NCBI GenBank assembly: GCA_041665365.1
Contig: JBAYIY010000003.1
Span: 4,260 to 68,259, forward strand
Length of the DNA: 64,000 nt
Direction: 5' to 3'
Source of the DNA: Patescibacteria group bacterium
GTDB lineage: Bacteria > Patescibacteriota > Patescibacteriia > UBA9570
This document shows, in pieces, positions 57,311-64,000 of the stretch; within the stretch, counting starts at the first letter, position 1; each line of letters opens with the position of its first letter. The translations under genes and the position numbers were made by a program. The notes under the pieces were generated by a model. The model searched no databases and was not told where the DNA came from. It was given only the letters and a program-made list of their open reading frames with translations.

Positions 57311-58205
57311 AATCGGCTACTCCGGTAGCAAAACTCCAATGTGGTTTCCAACCTAAATCACGTCTGGCCTTAGTGGCATTGATATAGGTATGCATCACTT
57401 CGCCAGCGCGGATATTTTTGAAATGTGGTTTGCCGGATTGTGGGAAGTGTTGAGCTATAGTGGTATAAACAACTTGATCAGAAATTGGTTTACCTAAACC
57501 TAGATTATAGATTTGATCATTACCTGATTGTAAAGCTAATATATTAGCCGCCACAACATCTGGTATATAAATATAATCGCGCGTTTTGTCACCTTGACCA
57601 AAGATAGTAGTTGGTTGATGTTGGGACAATTGTTGTGCAAAAATAGCTACGACACCAGCTTCACCGTGTGGATCTTGTCTGACACCAAAAACGTTACCAT
57701 AACGGAAAATAGTGTAATGCAAACCAAAGGCACGGTGATAGTATTGGATCCAGTTTTCTCCCAATTGTTTAGAGGCAGCATAGGCTGAGATTGGTTCTAA
57801 CGGTGCAGTTTCTTTAGTAGGCAACTGTTTGGCGTTACCATAAATGGTGCCGCCAGTTGAGGCAAAGATAATTTTTTTTGTACCGGCTAAAGTAGCACAG
57901 CGTAAAACATTGGCTGTACCTAAAACATTCACATCTAAAGTAGTATCAGGATCACGCATCGATATCACCACTTCTGAGAGCGCGGCATGATGATTCACTA
58001 CGTCAGGTTTCTCCGTAATAAAAATCTGTTGTAACTTAGTTTGATTGCGCACATCGACTCGATAAAATCTTGCGGCTGGATGCACATTCTTTTTAAAACC
58101 ATGTTGTAAACTATCTACTACAATCACGTGATGGCCAGCCTGGACGTAGGCATCAACAATATGGGAACCAATAAACCCGGCTCCACCGGTCACTAATATG
58201 CGCAT
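57294..58205 (-). CDS. NAD-dependent epimerase/dehydratase (GalE-like)
   Basis: [15 protein letters not shown].. Rossmann motif; start chosen at MRILVTGG. Confidence 0.8.
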   Translation of the reverse strand: MRILVTGGAGFIGSHIVDAYVQAGHHVIVVDSLQHGFKKNVHPAARFYRVDVRNQTKLQQIFITEKPDVVNHHAALSEVVISMRDPDTTLDVNVLGTANVLRCATLAGTKKIIFASTGGTIYGNAKQLPTKETAPLEPISAYAASKQLGENWIQYYHRAFGLHYTIFRYGNVFGVRQDPHGEAGVVAIFAQQLSQHQPTTIFGQGDKTRDYIYIPDVVAANILALQSGNDQIYNLGLGKPISDQVVYTTIAQHFPQSGKPHFKNIRAGEVMHTYINATKARRDLGWKPHWSFATGVADYVETI

Positions 58206-58268
58206 AGTAGCGTTAGGATACCACGACTTGCCAATCAAGGCTATATATGTAATAGTATGGGCTCATTT

Positions 58269-58931
58269 ATGATTACCGCTGCGGTTATTCCGGCTCGAAA
58301 TGAAGCAAAACGCATTAGAAGTGTGGTCGAACAAACGCGCTTACATGTTGATTATGTTGTAATAGTGGACGATGGTTCAAATGATGGTACGGCTGATATG
58401 ATTAATGATTTAGGGGAAACAGTGGTTGTTTTGCAGCATGATGTTAACTTAGGTAAGGGAGCGGCTTTAAAAACCGGCTGTGATGCAGCATTATTACTGA
58501 AAGCTGATGTGATTGTCACACTCGATGCCGATGGGCAGCATAATCCGGCTAGTATTCCTGGCATGATTAAACAATTACAAGATGACAAACTCGATATTGT
58601 CTTTGGTATGCGTCAGTTTAATAGTAAAATGCCCATGATGATGCTCATTGGTAATCAATTCTTATCAAAACTGATTAGTTTCTTATTTAAAGTAATGATT
58701 CATGACACGCAATCCGGCTATCGTGTGTTTACTGCGCATGCTTATAAAGATTTACGTTGGCACAGCACTGGCTATGAAGCCGAAACCGAGATGATCGTGC
58801 GCACGGGGGATCATCATTTACATTATGCCGAATTCGATATCGCTACGATTTATCACGATAATTATAAAGGCACTACAGTCTTTGATGGTATTAAGATTTT
58901 ATTACAAATTCTAAGGTGGAAATTCATCTAA
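58269..58931 (+). CDS. family 2 glycosyltransferase (polyprenyl-phosphate sugar synthase, DPM1/GtrB-like)
   Basis: ..VIPARNE..IVDDGSNDGT.. and the LDADGQHNP motif; 220 aa. Confidence 0.8.
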   Translation: MITAAVIPARNEAKRIRSVVEQTRLHVDYVVIVDDGSNDGTADMINDLGETVVVLQHDVNLGKGAALKTGCDAALLLKADVIVTLDADGQHNPASIPGMIKQLQDDKLDIVFGMRQFNSKMPMMMLIGNQFLSKLISFLFKVMIHDTQSGYRVFTAHAYKDLRWHSTGYEAETEMIVRTGDHHLHYAEFDIATIYHDNYKGTTVFDGIKILLQILRWKFI

Positions 58932-58934
58932 AAT

Positions 58935-59264
58935 ATGACTAATATTCAAATTATTGCCAGCGTCTTCGGATTAGTAATGATGTATCTATCTTTTTTACAT
59001 TATAAGCGGCATGAGTTTAATCGCTATCAGTTTGTTATCTGGGAAATACTCTGGCTAGGCTTTGCTTTAGTGACACTATTACCGAATCGATTTAATTTTG
59101 TGACCGAAAAATTGGGTATTGCGCGCGCGTTTGATTTATTTTCTATCATTGCTTTTGTAATTATACTGTTTTTAACCTTTCATAATTATTTATTAGTGAC
59201 AAAATTAGAAAAAAGGTTAGAAAACCGGGTGCGGGATAAAGCCCTGGAACCATTAAAAAAATAA
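58935..59264 (+). CDS. DUF2304-family small membrane protein
   Basis: 109 aa, 3 TM helices, located immediately downstream of the GtrB-like GT2 (the canonical context for DUF2304). Confidence 0.55.
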   Translation: MTNIQIIASVFGLVMMYLSFLHYKRHEFNRYQFVIWEILWLGFALVTLLPNRFNFVTEKLGIARAFDLFSIIAFVIILFLTFHNYLLVTKLEKRLENRVRDKALEPLKK

Positions 59265-59266
59265 CT

Positions 59267-60328
59267 ATGACACCTATGAAAACAGCCTTAATTATTGGTA
59301 TTACCGGACAAGATGGTTCTTATTTAGCTGAGTTATTACTAGCCAAGGGTTATACTGTACATGGTACTATTCGGCGTGCCAGTACGTTTAACACGGGGAG
59401 GATCGACCATCTTTATCAAGACCCACACGTGCATGGCGTGAATTTGTTTTTGCATTATAGCGATTTAAGTGACGGTAGTAATCTAGCTCGTTTGATTCGT
59501 GAATTAAAACCAGATGAAATATATAATTTAGGTGCCCAAAGTCATGTGCGGGTGAGTTTTGATATTCCGGAATACACCGGTGAGGTCACTGGCTTAGGCA
59601 CATTAAAAATTCTCGATGCCATTCGTGATGCCGGTGATAAAATAAAGTTTTATCAAGCCTCTAGTTCGGAAATGTTTGGTTTAGTGCAAGCTGTGCCCCA
59701 AACCGAAACGACACCGTTTTATCCGCGGTCACCCTATGCGGTGGCTAAAGTATATTCCTATTGGATTACGCGCAATTATCGCGAAGCTTATAATTTATTT
59801 GCCTGCAACGGCATTTTATTTAATCACGAATCACCGCGCCGTGGTGAAACATTTGTCACCCGTAAAATTACTCGCGCTCTAGCCAAAATTAAATTAGGCA
59901 TCGATGAAAAATTATATTTAGGTAACATCGATGCGAAACGGGATTGGGGTTATGCCAAGGATTATGTCGAAGCGATGTGGTTAATGATGCAACAAGATAA
60001 ACCGGATGATTATGTGGTAGCCACTAATGAAACTCACACGGTGCGTGAATTTATCGAAGTGGCCGGTAAAGAGTTGGGCATGGACATTACTTGGCAAGGC
60101 TCCGGTGTAAACGAAAAAGGGATTGATACTAAAACTGGTAAAGAAATTATCAACATTGATCCAAAATATTTTCGGCCGACTGAAGTAGATTTATTAATCG
60201 GTGATTATAGTAAGGCAAAAAAAATCTTGGGTTGGGAACCAAAAGTGAGATTTACTGAATTAGCTAAAATTATGGCTTTAGCTGATTACGATTATTTTGC
60301 TAAAGAAAAAGGACATTTAGCTGCATGA
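59267..60328 (+). CDS. gmd: GDP-mannose 4,6-dehydratase
   Basis: ..[36 protein letters not shown].. and full-length GMD similarity. Confidence 0.9.
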   Translation: MTPMKTALIIGITGQDGSYLAELLLAKGYTVHGTIRRASTFNTGRIDHLYQDPHVHGVNLFLHYSDLSDGSNLARLIRELKPDEIYNLGAQSHVRVSFDIPEYTGEVTGLGTLKILDAIRDAGDKIKFYQASSSEMFGLVQAVPQTETTPFYPRSPYAVAKVYSYWITRNYREAYNLFACNGILFNHESPRRGETFVTRKITRALAKIKLGIDEKLYLGNIDAKRDWGYAKDYVEAMWLMMQQDKPDDYVVATNETHTVREFIEVAGKELGMDITWQGSGVNEKGIDTKTGKEIINIDPKYFRPTEVDLLIGDYSKAKKILGWEPKVRFTELAKIMALADYDYFAKEKGHLAA

Positions 60329-61257
60329 TGGAACTCACTGCAAAAATATACGTAGCCGGTCACCGTGGTTTAGTGGGCAGTGCGATCATGCGGCAGCTCA
60401 CAACGTTAGGCTACACAAACCTGATTACAAAAACGCACAGTGAATTAGACTTACTCAATCAAGCCCAGGTTAAGGCTTTTTTTGAGACAGAAAAACCAGA
60501 TTATGTTTTTATGGCGGCTGCCAAAGTAGGCGGGATTCAGGCTAATAATTTATATCGAGCAGATTTTATTTACCAAAATATTCAAATTCAAAATAATGTC
60601 ATTTGGAGTGCCTATCAAGCCGGTGTCAAAAAACTATTATTTTTAGGCAGTAGTTGTATTTATCCAAAACTTTGCCCACAACCAATTAAAGAAGAGTATC
60701 TTTTAACTGGCGCATTGGAAGCCACTAATGAGCCTTATGCCATAGCCAAGATTGCCGGTATAAAATTATGTGAAGCATTAAATGTGCAATATGGTACCAA
60801 CTACATCTCCGTAATGCCAACTAACATGTATGGCCCGGGTGATAATTATGATCTGAACAATTCCCACGTGTTGCCCGCGTTGATTCGTAAGTTTGTTGAA
60901 GCGAAACAATCTCAGGCACCGACTGTCACTGTTTGGGGTACTGGCACACCGCGCCGTGAGTTAATGCACGTTGATGATTTAGCTAATGCCGTTGTGTTTT
61001 TAATGAATAATTATGACGGTAAAGACATTGTTAATATCGGTACCGGTATAGATCACACGATCATGGCCATTGCCCAACTGGTAAAAACAGCCGCCGGTTT
61101 TGTCGGGGAAATTGTGTTGGACAATACTAAACCAGATGGTACACCCCAGAAATTGTTAGATGTGTCGCGGATAAATAAGTTGGGTTGGCAGGCAAAAATT
61201 GAATTGAAAGAGGGAATTAGACAAAGTGTTGATTGGTATAATAAAGAAATGATATGA
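60325..61257 (+). CDS. fcl: GDP-L-fucose synthase (GDP-4-keto-6-deoxymannose 3,5-epimerase/4-reductase)
   Basis: ..[14 protein letters not shown].., ..[10 protein letters not shown].., ..[12 protein letters not shown] motifs. Confidence 0.9.
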   Translation: MMELTAKIYVAGHRGLVGSAIMRQLTTLGYTNLITKTHSELDLLNQAQVKAFFETEKPDYVFMAAAKVGGIQANNLYRADFIYQNIQIQNNVIWSAYQAGVKKLLFLGSSCIYPKLCPQPIKEEYLLTGALEATNEPYAIAKIAGIKLCEALNVQYGTNYISVMPTNMYGPGDNYDLNNSHVLPALIRKFVEAKQSQAPTVTVWGTGTPRRELMHVDDLANAVVFLMNNYDGKDIVNIGTGIDHTIMAIAQLVKTAAGFVGEIVLDNTKPDGTPQKLLDVSRINKLGWQAKIELKEGIRQSVDWYNKEMI

Positions 61258-62210
61258 ATAGAATCGATTCAAAACGTATTTTAATTACTGGAGGTGCTGG
61301 TTTTATTGGGTCACATCTCTGTCGTAGTTTATTATCTGATGGACACGATATATTGTGTGTTGATAATTTTTATACGGGTAGTAAGCGTAATGTGCTCGAT
61401 TTAATCGGTCATCCACATTTTGAGTTGCTACGTCATGATGTTACTTTTCCACTCTATGTTGAAGTTGATGAAATTTACAATTTAGCTTGTCCAGCTTCTC
61501 CAATTCATTATCAGTTTGATCCAGTGCAAACTACAAAGACATCAGTTCATGGTGCCATTAATATGTTGGGACTAGCAAAAAGAGTAAAGGCTAAAATTTT
61601 TCAGGCCTCTACTTCTGAAATCTATGGTGATCCCAGTGTTCATCCTCAAACTGAGGCGTATTGGGGAAATGTCAACACGACTGGCCTTCGTGCTTGTTAT
61701 GATGAAGGTAAACGGTGTGCTGAAACTTTATTTTTTGATTATTATCGACAACATCACTTAGATATTAGAGTGGCTAGAATTTTTAATACCTATGGCCCTA
61801 ACATGCATCCACGTGATGGGCGAGTTGTATCTAACTTTATTGTTCAAGCGTTAACGAATCAACCCCTCACGTTATATGGGGACGGCTCTCAAACGAGGAG
61901 TTTTCAGTATGTTGACGATTTGGTTAATGGCATGATTGCTATGATGAACAACACAGAGCAATTTATTGGTCCGGTTAATTTAGGAAATCCGCAAGAGTTT
62001 ACTATTCGTCAATTAGCTGACTTAGTTCTCAAGTTTATTCCAGAGAGTCATAGTCAACTTGAATTTAAATCACTTCCGGAAGATGATCCCAAACAACGTC
62101 AGCCAAATATTCAACTCGCTCGCACTAAATTACAGTGGGAACCTACCATATCTTTGCAAGAAGGATTAGTAAAAACAATTAGCTATTTTAAGGAACTATT
62201 AAAAGTCTAA
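61254..62210 (+). CDS. uxs: UDP-glucuronate decarboxylase (UDP-xylose synthase)
   Basis: ..[60 protein letters not shown] is nearly collinear with UXS-family sequences. Confidence 0.85.
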   Translation: MNRIDSKRILITGGAGFIGSHLCRSLLSDGHDILCVDNFYTGSKRNVLDLIGHPHFELLRHDVTFPLYVEVDEIYNLACPASPIHYQFDPVQTTKTSVHGAINMLGLAKRVKAKIFQASTSEIYGDPSVHPQTEAYWGNVNTTGLRACYDEGKRCAETLFFDYYRQHHLDIRVARIFNTYGPNMHPRDGRVVSNFIVQALTNQPLTLYGDGSQTRSFQYVDDLVNGMIAMMNNTEQFIGPVNLGNPQEFTIRQLADLVLKFIPESHSQLEFKSLPEDDPKQRQPNIQLARTKLQWEPTISLQEGLVKTISYFKELLKV

Positions 62211-62212
62211 TC

Positions 62213-62644
62213 ATGTTGCGAACTGTACAAAATTTTATTACAGCAGTACGTCAAAGATATGGAAGCTTTCCAATTTTTTTTGTGATTGGCGGCAGTTGTG
62301 GTCTATTAGATTTGGCTATTTTATATACATTAACAGATGTTTTTAAAATATGGTATTTATATGCGGGTGTTATTTCGTTTCTGATCATCTCTATTATTAG
62401 TTTTTTCTTACATAAGACAATTTCATTTAACAGTGCGTCAACAAACTATCGGCAGCAGTATATTCAATTTCTATTTGTTATCACAGTGGGTATTGTTATT
62501 AACAACTCTGTATTGTATATTTGCACCAGTCTATTGGGCATATGGTATCTGACATCTCGCATTATTTCATCCTTAGTGGCCATGATCTGGAATTATTGGT
62601 TTAATTCACGCATAGTGTTTACTAGTCCTATGCAACATTTATGA
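62213..62644 (+). CDS. gtrA: GtrA-family membrane protein (polyprenyl-phosphate sugar flippase-associated)
   Basis: 143 aa; 4 TM helices; GtrA-like N-terminal segment and C-terminal ..WNYWFNSRIVF motif. Confidence 0.7.
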   Translation: MLRTVQNFITAVRQRYGSFPIFFVIGGSCGLLDLAILYTLTDVFKIWYLYAGVISFLIISIISFFLHKTISFNSASTNYRQQYIQFLFVITVGIVINNSVLYICTSLLGIWYLTSRIISSLVAMIWNYWFNSRIVFTSPMQHL

Positions 62645-63351
62645 AAATAGTTTCAATCATTATCCCTGTCTACAATGAAGTCAAGACGATACCGGCTATT
62701 ATCCAGGCAGTAGAGCAGGCTTCAGTGGGTCATTTGCAAAAAGAGATTATTCTGGTTGATGATTGTTCAACCGATGGTAGTCGAGCGCTACTTGAATCTT
62801 ATCAAACCAGTCATCGAGTATTTTTTCATAAAGTTAATACTGGAAAAGGTGCAGCCCTGCATACAGGACTGGTTCAGGCTAGTGGCGATATCATCATCAT
62901 TCAGGATGCCGATTTAGAATATGACCCAACTGAGTATGAAGAATTATTGGCTCCCATATTGAAAGGTAAAGCAGATGTTGTGTTTGGTTCACGCTTCATG
63001 GGTGGTAAACCACACCGCATTTTGTATTATTGGCATTTTATTGGGAATAAAATGTTAACTACATTTTCAAATATGTGTACAAATTTGAATCTGACAGACA
63101 TGGAGACCTGTTATAAAGTGTTTACTCGATCGGTTTCAGACTTGATCGTGCCTAAGCTCACTTCAAAACGTTTTGGATTTGAACCAGAATTTACATCGTT
63201 AGTGGCCAAATTGGTGAAACAAGATCAGTGCCGCATTTACGAAATTGGTATTTCTTACAGTGGTCGTGGTTATAGTGAGGGTAAAAAAATTGGTTGGAAA
63301 GATGGCATTGAAGCGATCTGGTGCATTATTAAATTTAATCTATTACGTTGA
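62641..63351 (+). CDS. family 2 glycosyltransferase (DPM1/GtrB-like)
   Basis: ..IIIPVYNE..LVDDCSTDGS.. and IIQDADLEYDP motifs. Confidence 0.8.
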   Translation: MKIVSIIIPVYNEVKTIPAIIQAVEQASVGHLQKEIILVDDCSTDGSRALLESYQTSHRVFFHKVNTGKGAALHTGLVQASGDIIIIQDADLEYDPTEYEELLAPILKGKADVVFGSRFMGGKPHRILYYWHFIGNKMLTTFSNMCTNLNLTDMETCYKVFTRSVSDLIVPKLTSKRFGFEPEFTSLVAKLVKQDQCRIYEIGISYSGRGYSEGKKIGWKDGIEAIWCIIKFNLLR

Positions 63352-63938
63352 TGAACAGACAACGTGCTCATTTTCAAGGTAAAGAAGCTAGTTTAGAAAG
63401 TCTATTACGTTGGTTGCGTTTAAGAAGAATTGTTCGACATATCCCTGACAATAGTGTGGTGGTTGACTTAGGGTGTGGTTATGACGCTGGTTTTTTACAT
63501 ACGATCGCATCCAAACTAAAGCGCGGCATAGGTGTAGATTTATCTGTTGGACCTAGCTCGGTTCAGCACATTGAAATGTTAGCAGCCAATCTCAATGAGC
63601 CATTGCCATTACCTGATAAAACATTTGATATCGTAGTATCGATGGCTAATTTAGAACATTTGGAAAAACCAGAGGTAGCATTGCAAGAAATGAAACGGGT
63701 TTTAAAACCAGGTGGCAAAGTATTACTAACCACACCTTCTACCTATGCTAAACCGGTGTTAGAATTTTTAGCTTATCGCTTACATGTTGTGAGTGAAGAT
63801 GAAATTCGTGATCACAAATTGTATTTCAATAAAGCCTTACTTCATCAGTATTTTAAGGAGGCCGGTTTTAATAATATTCAACATCACTATTTTCAATTTG
63901 GTATGAATAATTTCGTTTTAGCAGTAAAAGACTACTAG
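63348..63938 (+). CDS. class I SAM-dependent methyltransferase
   Basis: VVDLGCGYDAGF motif I; ..LKPGGKVLLTTP. Confidence 0.75.
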   Translation: MMNRQRAHFQGKEASLESLLRWLRLRRIVRHIPDNSVVVDLGCGYDAGFLHTIASKLKRGIGVDLSVGPSSVQHIEMLAANLNEPLPLPDKTFDIVVSMANLEHLEKPEVALQEMKRVLKPGGKVLLTTPSTYAKPVLEFLAYRLHVVSEDEIRDHKLYFNKALLHQYFKEAGFNNIQHHYFQFGMNNFVLAVKDY

Positions 63939-64000
63939 ATTAGTTTCGACAATGTTATTTACACTATTAGTTTGGCTTATCATTACAGTTATTATCTATA

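Overview
This is a low-GC (~40%) bacterial window, densely coded and mostly housekeeping. It has few recognisable Shine-Dalgarno sites and small overlapping genes, consistent with a streamlined, possibly CPR-like genome; I cannot name the organism. Gene order along the window: purF(part)-purD-purN; a novel FAD/heme-TM/Rieske fusion oxidoreductase; purH-guaA; ftsK; recA; groES-groEL with a perfect CIRCE operator; an initiator-type tRNA-Met; uvrA/uvrC; uvrD; secG; RNase J; a serpin; trpS-murD; murI; gpmI; a phosphohexomutase; an ELP3 homolog; glyA; ychF. The last ~9 kb is a two-operon surface-glycan cluster: GDP-fucose and UDP-xylose synthesis, two GT2 transferases, GtrA, DUF2304, a GT-C-like membrane protein and epimerases. 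Accessory content comprises a HigB/HigA-like module bracketed by ~70-bp direct repeats; a 1.4-kb islet carrying a ~58% GC ribbon-helix-helix gene plus dinJ/yafQ; a standalone GIY-YIG gene; a DUF559 (Vsr-like) gene bracketed by a MITE-like repeat; and several large surface proteins. The most unusual signal is non-genic: at least three families of structured palindromic repeats. One is a 30-48 bp perfect palindrome (core GTAGGGGTAATTCATGAATTACCCCTAC) found both intergenically and in frame inside unrelated genes, where it encodes the peptide ..IHELPL.. . The second is a ~100-bp hairpin-rich element with terminal inverted repeats (two full copies and one partial). The third is a nested-hairpin REP-like family whose terminal repeats supply the stop codons of convergent genes. 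No rRNA or CRISPR array was seen, and there is no sign of a recoded stop codon.
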